Positions 38,656 through 52,991 of a stretch of 64,000 nucleotides of DNA are shown here, in pieces. Made by a program: the position numbers and the translations under genes. This DNA comes from Octopus vulgaris (lineage: Eukaryota): NCBI GenBank assembly GCA_951406725.2, contig OX597834.1, forward strand, positions 35,712,001-35,776,000, given 5' to 3'. A model generated the notes under the pieces. The model was not told where the DNA came from, did not search any database, and saw only the letters and a list, made by a program, of their open reading frames with translations. The number at the start of each line of letters is the position of its first letter. Positions within the stretch are counted from its first letter, which is position 1.

Positions 38656-39219
38656 TGTATATGTGGATGTGCGTACCACCAAGGGGAGGGCATCATATGT
38701 ATGACCCAGATCACATAACGGGTTCCTATTCTTCCATAAAATATGTTGTACACATTAGAAGACATCAGTGGAATGTTAAATTTGAAAGGTTTTTGGTTGT
38801 TATTTTGAGAGAAGAAAGTATACTGTATTTTCTGTAATGGGGATCTTATCTGAACAGGTTCCTCCAAGAAATCAATAAAGAGAATTTGGGTTCCCGTTAA
38901 AGAGGTCTTCATATGGTTTCAGTGATGTCTGTGCGTGTACGAGTGTGTGTGTGTGTGTGTATGTGTGTTTTGGCTTTTTGTTTCAAAATGCACGAACCCA
39001 GATACATAGAGGTCAAAAACATTAATAAAAGCATCGATAACTATGGATGGGGCAAGAAAATAGAACGCAAAACAGGCATCCGTAATGACATGCACACACA
39101 CATACACACAGGCACACCCGCACACGGACACACATGTATGTATATATATACACACATATACATATATAAAATATATATATATATATATATATGTACATAT
39201 CTACTTCTGTGTATGCGCG

Positions 39220-39274
<55 letters not shown>

Positions 39275-39465
39275 TATAAATATTTATATGTATATATATA
39301 TGTACATATATATAAATCTGTGTGTGTGATTGTGTGTCTGTGTCGATATTTATGTATATCTATATTTCAATAAATATTGATTAAGGAGTAATCTATGTAG
39401 TACATGGTGTTCTCCACCCTACAAGAAAACACAATGTATATATATACATACATACGCACATATAA

Positions 39466-39503
<38 letters not shown>

Positions 39504-39584
39504 TTATATATATATATGTATTTATATATATATATATAATGTATATATACATATATATATAATGTGTATATGTATGTGTATGTA

Positions 39585-39639
<55 letters not shown>

Positions 39640-40112
39640 GTGGTTGTATTCTAGATGCTTCTCCTTTGTGAAGTATGTAGCTCTTTATTTCTATATTTCG
39701 CCAAAATGAGGTAATCTTTCTCAGAGCATTAATTCCAACCTATAGAATTAGAATTTCGTCGATGGCCTTCTTCTTCGGACAGGTTCTGGTAGATTTCGTG
39801 AAACCGTTGTGGTAGACAGAACCAGTTTCTGATCTAGCTCTGCAATCAATATTTTGAAGGACAATTATTCCCGCATTTCTAGTGCTATTAGTTGTCCTGT
39901 CATAGTTTGCCTAAAGGGAGAGTTTCCACTTGCATTACACTGAACCTCTAAACAACACACACTTAATCTCGTGTTGTTATGAACTTAGGTGATGATGTTT
40001 GCTGGTGTTGTTGTTGTTTTTGCTTGACACGACACCAGTTCATCTCCGAAACCAAGCAGATATCCGATCAAATGCTTGTAAGTAGCAATCATAACGAATT
40101 CCTTTGTACGCC

Positions 40113-40185
<73 letters not shown>

Positions 40186-40211
40186 TATATACATACATAT
40201 AATATATATAT

Positions 40212-40250
<39 letters not shown>

Positions 40251-40306
40251 CATATAATATATATATATACATACATATAATATATATATACATACATATA
40301 ATATAT

Positions 40307-40439
<133 letters not shown>

Positions 40440-40535
40440 TGATGGCTGTCCACTCGTGATCGAGGAAGACCATTGCTGACCTTCAGGAACATTGTGTGCT
40501 CTAGGACTAACGTATATTTTGCATTTGCGGCTCCG

Positions 40536-40620
40536 TTGAGCTTTTAGGCGTTTTCGCTCAATAAACACTCACAACGCCCGCGAGTCCGCTGCCCTAACCA
40601 CTGGGCCATTGCGCCTCCAC
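40536..40620 (-). mobile_element. SINE family C head fragment
   Basis: gagtccgctgccctaaccactgggccattgcgcctccac. Confidence 0.8.
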
Positions 40621-40821
40621 ATGTATATATATATATATACACACACACACATATGTATTGCTTCTATATATTTATATATATTCATCCCAATGCATACACT
40701 ATTATGAATCGATTGTATGCGTCCATATATTTATATACCTACCGACATACACATACACACACAAGCGTATGTGTCTGTGTATATATACGTATGCTTATAT
40801 GTATATGTGATTGTATGTATG

Positions 40822-40872
<51 letters not shown>

Positions 40873-41311
40873 TCAGATATACATAGACACATTCAGGCAT
40901 CGCATTAGGGATCAATATGGTGTTGAAAGAAAACAACACGTATAAATCTATCAAACTGTTGTGGTGTTTACATGTTTGACCGGTAGATTACGACATCGAT
41001 ATCACACGGGCTGGGATGGTCTCGTGGTTGGTAGATGGGGGTGCGTGTGGGGAAAGGGAATACGTCCTACTAGAATCTTCACATGCTAGTATATGCGGAA
41101 TGCCAATTGTCACTGAATTTCAGCCTGTATCAAGCATAATTGCTGCAAACATCCTCACTACTACACCAACAACAACAACTATGCTGACCACATGCAAACA
41201 TACATACATGCAAACGCATATGCATCTCTCTCTCACACGCACAGGTAATTATACTCAAGTAAACACGGATATATATATATATGTGTGTGTGTGCATATGT
41301 ATATATATATG

Positions 41312-41379
<68 letters not shown>

Positions 41380-41569
41380 TATAATATACACACACACACG
41401 TATATATATATATCTATATATATACATGTACACATGTATACATGTATACATGTACGCAAACATACGCGCCAAACTGATAAGCAATGGTAATGTTATATTT
41501 TATGAGGTTTCTGCATCGGAAAGTAAGTAGATGTAAAACGATCAATTTTATATATATATATATATATGT

Positions 41570-41636
<67 letters not shown>

Positions 41637-41948
41637 GGGAGAATAGATGGGGGAGGCACAGTTCACTGTTTAATGAACACTTCTCGTATAGATCGGCCAA
41701 ACTTTTAGTGACCATTATCACACTTCCTTCACGTTTGCTCTAATCGGAATTATCTCGAAAACAATGATTTCACGGTGTATGATACATAATAGCATATAAT
41801 GTCCATATGCATACATTTATACATACATACACAGGAACACACAGGCACACACACACATGCATGCACACACACATACACATACACACACACATAATAACAA
41901 ATAATGATGTAGGAGAACTAACACTGAGAAAATGAAAGTTGAGTAAAC

Positions 41949-41988
41949 TTTTACTTATATTTCGAGCACAAAAGTTCATCATCAGAAA
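41949..41988 (-). ncRNA. Minimal hammerhead-like motif
   Basis: Minus strand: ttt-CTGATGA-T-GAAC-ttttgt-GCTC-GAAA-tataa-GTA-aaa. Stems II and III are imperfect. Confidence 0.5.
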
Positions 41989-42053
41989 TGGACGGGGGAC
42001 AGAACTGTGAGTATAAGCAGATACTGTCACTTGCAATGCCGAATATATATATA

Positions 42054-42590
42054 CAGTGGTTGAACAAAATAATAGAAACACCCGGCATCATAGCATCGTA
42101 ATTTGGAAATGTCTATAAAACGTCAAGAGCGTGTTTATTTTTATGCTTTTTGATTTATTATTAGTGTTGCTTAATACGTTTTGCTAAAATTGCTGTTTCT
42201 TTTCAGATATCACCAGAAGAAGTTAATTAAAATTCATTAAAATGACAGATCTTTCGGACTTTCAAAGAGGTAAAATTGTTGGTGCTCGTATGGCAGGCGC
42301 TAGCGTAACGAAAACAGCCGAAATGTTTGGTGTATCAAGAAGTAATGTCTCGAAAGCAATGACAGCTTTTGAGAAAGAGGGAAAAACCTCGTCGTCGAAA
42401 CAAAACTCCAGAAGAAAAACAAAATTTTCTGTTAAGGACCGCCAGACTCTTATGCAAATTGTTAGAAGGGTTCACAAAAGTACAGCTTCCAAAATTACTG
42501 CAGAGCTTAATGACCACCCCGAGAACCCAGTTTCCACAAAAGCTGTTCACCGGGAGCTGCACAAAGCTAGATTTAATGAGAGGGCTGGTT
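42054..42590 (+). mobile_element. Tc1-family DNA transposon, 5' fragment
   Basis: Starts TA|CAGTGGTTGAACAAAATAATAGAAACACC (Tc1-type TIR start) and continues into a transposase N-terminus. No right TIR seen. Confidence 0.85.
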
Positions 42591-42607
42591 TTAGTTTAAA
42601 GTCATAA
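42242..42607 (+). pseudogene. Truncated Tc1-like transposase (paired-like HTH region only; no DDE domain)
   Basis: MTDLSDFQRGKIVGARMAGASVTKTAEMFGVSRSNVSK...RRKTKFSVKDRQTL...TASKITAELN...VSTKAVHRELHK is a typical Tc1 N-terminal pattern. Confidence 0.85.
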
Positions 42608-42611
42608 TTAA

Positions 42612-43132
42612 GAGACTAGCTACGGCAAATAGCCATAGTTGGTAGACATAGTTAACAGTTACAGCTAAACCGCATAGCTAACAGTTATAGTTAACACAAC
42701 GTTGTCAACAGCTAGCTAGCAAACACAGTTAACAACTATACTTAACAGAAAAAGTTTAGAACCTAGCTAGTATACTTAATAGCTATAACTATTAGACGCA
42801 GTTAACAACTATAGTTAAGCGCTATAGACATTAAATATACATCACATAGTTAAGGGCTATAGCCATTGAATGTAGTCAACAGCTATAATTACGATTGGTA
42901 ACATAGTTAACAGCTACAGGTATCAAAACACAGTTAACAACCACCGTTATCAGATAACACGTGTAACAGCTACACCTCACACACATCCTCGGTGAACAAC
43001 TGCAGCATACAGCTATGCCACTTACAGGTGTTCAAGTTCCGCAGCAAACAGTCATGGTTAACAGATACAGTTAACAGTTATTGATATCAAACACAGTTAA
43101 CAGCTACAGAGGACAACCACAGCGAATAGCTA
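42612..43132. repeat. Degenerate minisatellite with AGTTAACAGCTA core
   Basis: Many agttaaca(g/a)cta variants at irregular spacing of roughly 12-30 bp. Confidence 0.75.
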
Positions 43133-43676
43133 TTCCACAAGTGCCAGATATTACTTAGAAAGCTATTAAGGTACCGTTAAAATCAATGAGATGTGAATTG
43201 TTACGACAGGCAACAACAACATGTTATCAGCTGAAATTTGTACAATATATTCATGTAAAGTTTAACCTCTTTTAATATCTCAAACACTATAAAACGGCCT
43301 TTATCGCAGAGGCCAGCCACTTATTAAACACCAGCGATTGACTGACACAGTTTCAACGATACTTTCACGCGGTTTAATGAACCGTTTTTTTGATTAGTGG
43401 CCACTTTAGCCTAAAGCTCTCCACGATAATAAATCATGAGAATTCCTGATTGCTTGGTCGTAAATGAACAACAACAACAACGACAACAACAACAACGGCA
43501 ACAGCAACAATGACGATGACAACAACAGCAATAATAATAATAATAATAATAAAGATGACTATAAGAACAATTATATTAATATTGATAACAATAATATTTC
43601 TAGTAAAATTTATGAAAATAATAGTAAGAAGAATGATAATTAGAATAATGATAATAACAACAATTTATAATAATAA

Positions 43677-43887
43677 TGGTTCAAAATTTTCCACAAAGGT
43701 AGCAATTTTGGGGGAGGGGATAAGTCGATTACCACGACCCCATTGTTTCGCAGGTGCTTAATTTATCGACCCCGAAAGGATGGAAGGCAAAGTCGACCTC
43801 GCCGGAATTTGAACTCAAAACGTAGCGATGGACGAAATATCGCTATGTATTTCGTCTCTCGTGCAAGCAATTCTGCCAGCTCACGCC

Positions 43888-43888
<1 letters not shown>
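43677..43888 (-). mobile_element. SINE family B, followed by (AAT)n (43889-44045)
   Basis: cttaatttatcgaccccgaaaggatggaaggcaaagtcgacctcgccggaatttgaactc. Confidence 0.85.
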
Positions 43889-43929
<41 letters not shown>

Positions 43930-43932
43930 GTA

Positions 43933-43969
<37 letters not shown>

Positions 43970-43974
43970 TAGTA

Positions 43975-44045
<71 letters not shown>

Positions 44046-44104
44046 CGTTTCTATTATTGGCACATGGCCTGAAATTTGTGGGGAGGGGACTAGTGGATTG
44101 CATC

Positions 44105-44608
44105 TTTTCCTTTGTCTCAGATTTATTTCTAATCCTTCAATCCTGCTGCCCCCTACCCATTTCTCCTCTTCCCATGTCACCAGTGTCTGGCCAGCCATGA
44201 TCTTTCATTCTTGGCCTAACTGCCGACCATCAACACGTCTTATGTCCATTTCCCATGTTCCTGCCTTTAGGCTTTCACTCCGTACACGCCAGCTCAATTT
44301 CAATCGTTCTCAGTCGAAAGACGCCTGTTGTTTGTGTTTTTGTCTTTGTTGCCGTACACATTCACTAGCTTTCTTACAAAGGGGGATAATGCTCTTAGCT
44401 TAGACTGTTTTGGGGGACAACCAGATAGAGTCTTCTTAAGTGTAACTGTCCGAAATAGTTGTGACTTCTGGTACTTGACTGAAGAAAGAAAGCCAAGAAG
44501 GACCTGTCTTTTTTTTTTTGCCTGTCCTCTAATTCTTGTTTTTCTTGTCGGCCTTTGTATCGTTTATCTGTCTGAATGTTTTAATGCCCTCTATTGCGCT
44601 TTTGTTCC

Positions 44609-44610
<2 letters not shown>
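44105..44610. repeat. Unclassified interspersed repeat ending in (TA)n; diverged sister copy at 54010-54480
   Basis: Both copies share, in order: acgccagct, gtcg.aagac.cc.gttgttt, acattc, taatgctc..agcttag, ccgaaat, tgactgaaga, gacc.gtc, ttgt.ccatt. Confidence 0.6.
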
Positions 44611-44658
<48 letters not shown>

Positions 44659-46199
44659 CATAGACATAAATGTGTGTGTGTATGTGTTTGTTAAACCCTC
44701 CAAGATTTATCTAGAAATGATTACCTCCCATACACTAATGGACACGCGCATACACACACATACACACGCACAGAAATCATCACCGCTACCATCACGTCCA
44801 AAAGTACTAACACCACCACCACCACCACCATCAAAACCACCACTACCACCACCATCACCATTACATAGCAATGTGGTTCAGTATCGTCCGTTGAAGACAG
44901 GCTGAACACAGCTGGAATGTCTAAATAGCAGAAGTGAAGGTATTTGCGCGCTCGCGCGAGCGTGTGTGTCCGTGCGCGAGTGTGTGTGTGTGTGAGCGTG
45001 TGCTTTAAAAACAGGATTCTGAGATCAATCAAGGCGGGGCTCAAGTGAAAGAAGAGGAGAGAAGGCGGCGAGTGTAGAAGGTGGGATGGAGGGGAGATAT
45101 TTCGATCTCCAGGGGACAGGATGAACTCTATACGTTTTCTTTACATAATTATATATTTGTTTACTTATTTGTTTGTTATGTTTATTGTGTTTGTTTGTTA
45201 TTTTTATTTATTTTGATTTGACTTTAATTGATAATCGTTGACATTCTGTGTAGCCTGACCGTGTTGGTGGGGATGGTGGTGGCGGTGGTTTGACGGTGGG
45301 GCGGATTGCCAATGATGGTGGAGGTGGTGGTGGTGGTAGTGGAGGTGGTTGTAGTGCAGACATCATCATTGCTCGGAAGAGAACAATCTCCACCACCACC
45401 ACTACCACCACCACCACCACCACCACCACCACTAACAACAACAACAACAACGCCTTTAGCAGTAACACCAACGTTACATCTCCAGCACCAACACCCACCA
45501 CCACCGCCACCACTGCCAGCATCACCACCACGATCATCACGATCATCACCATCACCACCACCACCACCTGCAACAACAACAACAAACGTTACATCATTGT
45601 CATTTTCTGTTATAGTCCTGGTTATAGTAGTAATAGTGGTGGCAGTAATGGTAGTGGTGATGGTGATGGTGATAGTGGTGGGGTGTTGGTTGTAGTAGTT
45701 GTAGTAGTGGTGATGATGATGGTGGTGGTGGTCGTCGTCATTCTGTATTTCTGTATTGTTTGAAACGTTGCATAACCATGGCTGAGATATATGGAGGAGG
45801 AAGAAGAAGAAGAAGATGATGATACTGATGATGATAAGGAGGAGGAGGAGGATGTGATGACGGTATGATTGGTGATTGATGATGACAGCGACGATGTCAA
45901 CGAAGCAGACGATGCTGATGACGACGATGAGGACGATGACACCAACGACAACTCTTACAACAACAACAAGAACAACTATGATGTTGAAGATGGTGACGGT
46001 GGTGATGATGATGATGATGATGATGATGGTGGCGGTGATGATGATGATATATTGTCACGGAATATGACAAACCATAGATCATCAACGAAACCGTGCTTCT
46101 TAGTTCAGCATCTCCAAAATCAGGAACAACGCAACACGACTAGAAACATCGTCACAAATCAGTGATAATGTTAAATAGAAATTACATCTTTGCCGAAAT

Positions 46200-46380
46200 C
46201 TGTAGATATTCCATTCGGTACATTTAGTTCTGTAATGAAATGTTTAGGCACCGATGTTGTGAAGTTGAACTTCACGAAACCAGAAGTAACAAGGTTAATT
46301 AGGGATGCAAATAGTAAACTATTAATTGAACTGTGAAAATATGCAGCATGTTTCAGATGTTTAGCACATAATCAGTACAT
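46200..46380 (+). mobile_element. Old RLE-type (R4/Dong-like) 3' end
   Basis: IPFGTFSSVMKCLGTDVVKLNFTKPEVTRLIRD...TVKICSMFQMF aligns with 8845-9005. Ends at tacatacac. Confidence 0.5.
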
Positions 46381-47348
46381 ACACACTCATACATGTGTAT
46401 ATATACTTCTATAAAGAGATAGGTATGCATATATATGCGTATGCATGTGGATACAATTACTGCATCTCTACACAAGCTGTATGCCTACGTTAACCGCAGC
46501 CGTAAACACTGGTACACGAATGTATGTTACCAAGTATTTAAGAAATCGTTTGGAAAAAGCTGACGAACTGAACTTGTATTTTGAACCTCCGAATCTGTTT
46601 ACTGGAATTGTGAAACTATTCGAATTTCAAGAAGATCTTAATGAAATACAACTGTCGACTGTTTTCGTTCAAGTTGTTAAAATCCCTGTGGCGGAATTGT
46701 GTTTCTTCGTGAGAAAGTAGTTCATCTTTAGAGAAGCAAAAGTCGGCGGGCGCTTTTCGTCTTCTCCCATTCTTATCATCCTTGTATCATTATCATTCAC
46801 CTCATTAATGTCCTTGTCCAGCCCGCAAGCTACATTACTCTATGTACTGCCTTTATGGAAAAATTCGATAAAATAAAGTAGTTCATTTTTATGGGATGTT
46901 TTCGGAGAAATATAAACGGAAGGGATATACACACATGCACTCACAAATACGGATAAAAAAGTATCGTTTCTGTTATTGGACAGCGGCTCTGCTAAAGCTC
47001 TGCCCTGAAGGGCCTGGTCGAAGAGATCGTCACCGGTATCTATTGTTTTAAGTCTGTTACTTAATGTGTCAGCAGCTATTTGCCCGAACTGCTAGCTTAC
47101 GAGGACATAAACAAACCAACACCAGTTTGCAAGCGATGGGGGTGGGATAAAAGCAAACACAATGGCACACACGTACACCCGCGCGCACAAACACATATAC
47201 ACACACATAAATAGATATATACATACGCACGTAGATATATATGTGTGTGTATTTATACTTACACACACACGCACATATATACACACACATAGAAATATAT
47301 ACATACGCATGTAGATATATATGTGTGTGTGTGCGTGTCTGTATATAT

Positions 47349-47379
<31 letters not shown>

Positions 47380-47911
47380 CACACACATACACATGTATGT
47401 ATGTATGTACAAAGTTGATAACTGACATTTACGGTATTACTTTTAATGTTCTTTAGTTCCGTTCGTCTCAATACTATATGGGACACGCGATTCATGTACA
47501 TCAATACCAATAAGGTTATAAATATAAATGAATTTACAATATTACAACACACTGATGTAATCCATGCGCATTTCCTCCAAATATCAAAAGAAACCGAGAG
47601 AGAGAGAAAGAGAGAGAAAAAAAGAGAGAGAGAGAGAGAGAGAGTGTGTGTGTGTTCTCTCGTCTAGGACAGCGATTATTATCGACGCCCACCAATATAA
47701 ATGATCAATATATCATGGAAGCATTAAAAAGGAACAAATTCCCACAATTCTTACAAATGCTTAAATTACTGAAACTAACCAGAATCAAAGAAAACCATTA
47801 ATTAACTGTTAAATTAAGCCAGTTAATTACCCGTTATAAACCTGCTCATTAAGTCGAACACGCAACGCTAAAAAAATATTCGTAGGTTTGTTTTAATAAA
47901 CAAAGGCTACT

Positions 47912-48420
47912 CTTGTTTCTTTCATTCTTCCATTCGACTTTTCTTTCTTTTGTCCATTTTCCTATCTACCTTTCCTTCTTCACATCTCTTTTCTTCCTCT
48001 CTTTCCGTATTTTCTCCTTCACGTCTTTCTTTTGGGCCCCTTTTTCTTCTTTTTTCTTTATCTTTCCTTCTTTCTGTGGTTTGTTTTCTTTCTTTTCTTC
48101 TTTTCTTTCTATCATTAATTCTTCTTTCTTTCTCTTTTTCATTTTTCTTTCTTTTCTCCTTTGCTTATTTATTTCCTTCTTTCTCTCATTATTTTCGTGA
48201 TTTCTTTCCTTCGTTTCCACCTTGTCTCTTTCGTTCTTTCTTTCTTTTCCTTTCCTTCATTTTCTTCTTTTTCCTTCTCTCATTCCTTCTTTTCCTCTTC
48301 TCTCTTTCTCCTTTTTTTCACATTAGTTCCTCTTCCATTTATTAATTAATTGATTAATTCCTTCATTCTTTCTTTCCTTCTTTCTTTCTTTCTCTTCTTT
48401 CATTTCCTTTCTTCTTGTTA
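47912..48420. repeat. T/C-rich polypyrimidine tract
   Basis: Directly visible. Confidence 0.9.
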
Positions 48421-49011
48421 TTCATCTCACACACACAAAAAAATTAATAATGCCTCGGATTAAATCCATTTCTGCTTCCATCACGAAAACCAATCTATGA
48501 CAAACACCGTATTCTTATTTATTGTCCTTTAACTGGTTTCGATCATTGGACTACGGCCGACCATGCTGGAGCACTGCCTTCATAGGTTCTTGGGCTACAT
48601 TATCGATTCTCGTATTTTACCTCGTGTTCGTTTTTGTCTTTGGGTAAAATCAAACTCAATTTCCGGAACGGCCACCTTCACAAGAGTTGTGACACATTTT
48701 ACGGATTTAGAGACTATAAAATAATACGTACATCGTTACTTAAATATCTAACACACAGACACACATACGAGGACATAAACAAACCAACACCAGTTGTGCA
48801 TGTATATATATATGGTAGTTCATAGGTGATCTAAACGATTAGGTACGCTAGATTAGTGCTGTAACGGAAGGTTGTAGCCGAGACGGTAGTTATGGAACCA
48901 TTGCAAATTTCTGATACAGCTGTAAAATAATAATGTATATGACTTGAGATATTTGTCTTGCCTTAACGTTTGTTGTCCTCTATGATAAACGTATATACAT
49001 ATATATGTATG

Positions 49012-49047
<36 letters not shown>

Positions 49048-49359
49048 CACATATGTACATACATATATATATACATATTATACACACACACACACATATG
49101 TCCAGGCACTCGCTCTCTTACGCACGCACACATAAACATACACGCACAAATATATATGTATGAGTTTATGTGTATACCGGTTTCAACGTGTGTGTCTGTA
49201 CATACACACACAAATGAATATACACACACACACATACACACACATACTTACATACATACATACACACATACATACATACATACATACATACATACATACA
49301 TACATACATACATACATACATACGTACATACATATGCGCGCACACCCACACATGAGCGT

Positions 49360-49795
49360 CAGTGACATCACCATGCGTGTCAAAAGTATTTGTACTATTA
49401 ATGTGTTTACAAAAGCAGTGATATGACCGTATATGTTAACAGTATCGCTGATATCAATTGTGCGTTGACTGCGTTTTCGATATCTTTGTATATGTGAAGA
49501 ATATCAATGATATCACTGTGTTAAAAAATATGAGTATTACCAATGTTTGTCACACAATACTAGTGATATCACTGTTTCTGTTAACAACATTTGTGATATC
49601 GGTTTATGTCAGTGGTATCACTGATACCACTGTGTGTGTGTGTTAAGAATACCATAGATATCTCTCTATGTAAACAATATCAGCGACAGGAGTGTGTGTT
49701 TACGGTGTTAATGATTACAACATGCATGTTAAAAATATCAGTGATATCACTCTATTCCTACTACTGTGATATCAGTGCACGTATGTCAACATTGT
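49360..49795. repeat. Degenerate minisatellite, about 28-30-bp unit with AGTGATATCACT dyad
   Basis: Recurrent tgatatcactg...gttaa motifs. Confidence 0.7.
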
Positions 49796-49832
49796 GGACG
49801 ATGGAATACGTAAAATAAAGAAAAAAATATAT

Positions 49833-50219
49833 GGCGCAGGAGTGGCTGTGTGGTAAGTAGCTTGCTAACCAACCACATGGTTCCGGGTTCAGTCCCACTG
49901 CGTGGCATCTTGGGCAAGTGCCGACCAATGCCTTGTGAGTGGATTTGGTAGACGGAAACTGAAAGAAGCCTGTCGTATATATGTATATATATATATGTGT
50001 GTATGTGTGTTTGTGTGTGTGTGTTTGTCCCCCTAGCATTGCTTGACAACCGATGCTGGTGTGTTTACGTCCCCGACACTTAGCGGTTCGGCAAAAGAGA
50101 CCGATAGAATAAGTACTGGGCTTACAAAGAATAAGTCCTGGGGCGATTTGTTCGATTAAAGGCGGTGCTCCAGCATGGCCGCAGTCAAATGACTGAAACA
50201 AGTAAAAGAGTAAAAGAGA
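49833..50219 (+). mobile_element. SINE family A, near-complete reference copy (small internal deletion)
   Basis: tRNA-like head (tggctgtgtggtaag A box; ggttcagtccc B box), central domain, internal TA/TG microsatellite, tail ggcggtgctccagcatggccgcagtcaaatgactgaaac(agtaaaag)x2. Confidence 0.9.
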
Positions 50220-50551
50220 GAGTATGTAAAGCTAATCGTTCAAATTACAGAGACAAAATAAACTTTTATACTATAAACCTCTCGCTTTCTGTGCGTGCGT
50301 GTGTGTGTATGTATACGCACCCTTTATATAGAGAGAACGTGAGAGAGATATGGTGTGAATCATAAATAGAATTTACTCTTTGCTGCTTTTCACTTCTATT
50401 AAAAGGCTGCTCTCAACACTCGTTTAAGCCGATTCCGTACGTACCAGAAAGATTATTCCAAGAAAGTTTATTTCAAAATGTTATAAGGTATTGGAGTTTA
50501 ATGTTATTAATTGATCTCTTAAATACCATGTATGTATATTACAACACCACA

Positions 50552-50615
<64 letters not shown>

Positions 50616-50619
<4 letters not shown>

Positions 50620-50770
50620 GGAATTTATAAAAAGACAAAAGCGGAAGACAGGTGTATGGACAACAAGCAAGTGTATTAGTTTGACGTTCTGAAAAGATGA
50701 AAAAGTCTTTAACGTTTCGAGCCTTTGCTCTTCAACGGAAAGGATTGGGAAAATAAACAGAGAGACAATG
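50616..50770 (-). mobile_element. (TA)n-anchored cassette with hammerhead-like motif (50707-50742)
   Basis: Minus strand: cttt-CCGTTGA-A-GAGC-aaag-GCTC-GAAA-CGTT-aaag. Sister copy at 57762-57945 shares agttg.aatttata and acaacaagcaagtgtattagtttgacg. Confidence 0.55.
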
Positions 50771-50821
50771 AAAAAAGACGCACACACACACACACACACA
50801 CGTATATATAATATACACACA

Positions 50822-50862
<41 letters not shown>

Positions 50863-50950
50863 TATGTACGTATGCATGTATATGTGTGCGCGATTTTTCA
50901 TTGTTTTTCACACAAACATCACACACACACACATATATAATATACATATA

Positions 50951-50983
<33 letters not shown>

Positions 50984-50997
50984 TATGTACGTGTGCA

Positions 50998-51040
<43 letters not shown>

Positions 51041-51357
51041 TGTTTGTGCAAGCTTATTCACTCGAGACTAAAACTTCACACTTTCGCTGTGTCGGTCGGT
51101 TTCTGTGCAGTTTACCGTTATTTGCAGGTTCTTTCGGGTGAATGGAATGTTCGAGGAATGGTAACTGGAGAACAGTGACAGTGGCAAGGAATGAGCTCTT
51201 AGTTCCAAGCGAACGAAAAAAGTGGACATGCAGAAAGTGCCTTGCCCCTTTTTTTTCTCTGCAACGTACAGCTCTGTTTATACTCTCCTCCATCATCATC
51301 ATCATCGTCATCATCAACATCATCATCGTCGTCGTCATCGTCATCATCATTTTGGAA

Positions 51358-51560
51358 GGCGGTGAGCTGGCACAGTCGATAGCACGCCGTGCGAAATACT
51401 TAGCGGTATTTCACCCGTCACTACGTTCTGAGTTCAAATTCCACCGAAGTCGACTTTGCCTTTCGTCCTTTCATCCTTTCGGATAAATTAAGTAATTAGG
51501 TCGATGCGATCGATTTGCCCCCTCCCAACAAATTTCAGGCCTTGTCCCTACTGTAGAAAT
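51358..51560 (+). mobile_element. SINE family B with (ATT)n tail
   Basis: ggcggtgagctggca...ctacgttctgagttcaaattcc...gtcgactttgcc...tttcaggccttgt. Confidence 0.85.
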
Positions 51561-51580
51561 TATTATTATCATTATCATCA

Positions 51581-51621
<41 letters not shown>

Positions 51622-51639
51622 CGGTGGTGAGCTGGCATG

Positions 51640-52105
<466 letters not shown>

Positions 52106-52953
52106 TTCCGAGATAGAAGAATTACACAAATTGGAAATCAAATGAGCAAATGTTCTTTAGAGACCAGCAGAAAACCTTTCGACTCAAAATCTTCAAGGTG
52201 GTGCTCCAGCATGGCCGCTGTCTAATGACTGAAACAATTCCGAGATAGAAGAATTACACAAATTGGAAATCAAGAGAGCACATGTCCTTTAGAGACCACC
52301 AGAAAACCGCAGGGAGGGCGGTCATTTTCCTAGTTCGAAAAATTTAGTAAACGACATGCTACTGACGACAGATGTTTGGCAAATTTACAGAGCTGAAACC
52401 TGGGCTGATGTTATTCACAGCTTTTAATTCTACCGATTCATTAAATTTGTGTCAAAGAGAACAAATAAACAAAATAAAATGGAACAAATGCAAAAGGAAG
52501 CGCAAACAAACTAACACATTCTCTGTCTTCCTGAACTCATATTTTATTTGGAAAATATCCCATGTTTGATTAAACGAAACATGAAGATCTTTCCAGAAAT
52601 TAACATGAATGATTAGTCAATGCAGAAATTTACACGTTTTTTCTATTTATCTTCTATGCTTTTATGCTGTTTGTGTTGTGGTTTGTTACAGCGGATAGGA
52701 AAATTCTTGTCATGTATTTTAAACAGCAACGGTAACACCTGAAGAGTTGGGGGTTTAAGGACGGCGTGAGTGATAGGGAGAGAGGGTAAGGAGTTTGAAA
52801 GAGAGAGAGAGAGAGAGGGGGAGGGAGAAGTGTGAGTATGGGTGAAAGATTGGAAGCACGAGAGAAGAGTTGAAGCGTCATAAAAGAGCTTGAAAGAGAA
52901 AGGAGAGAGAGAGAGGAGAATGAAAGAGCGAGAGATTGTGGAAGAATGAAAGG

Positions 52954-52991
<38 letters not shown>

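Noticed and set aside
39745-39782. Minus-strand CCGAAGA...GAAA string
   Set aside because: Neither stem II nor stem III can be formed.
51129-51161. Possible 33-nt micro-exon (tttgcag|...aatg|gtaact)
   Set aside because: Splice-like signals alone are common by chance; no supporting neighbouring exons.
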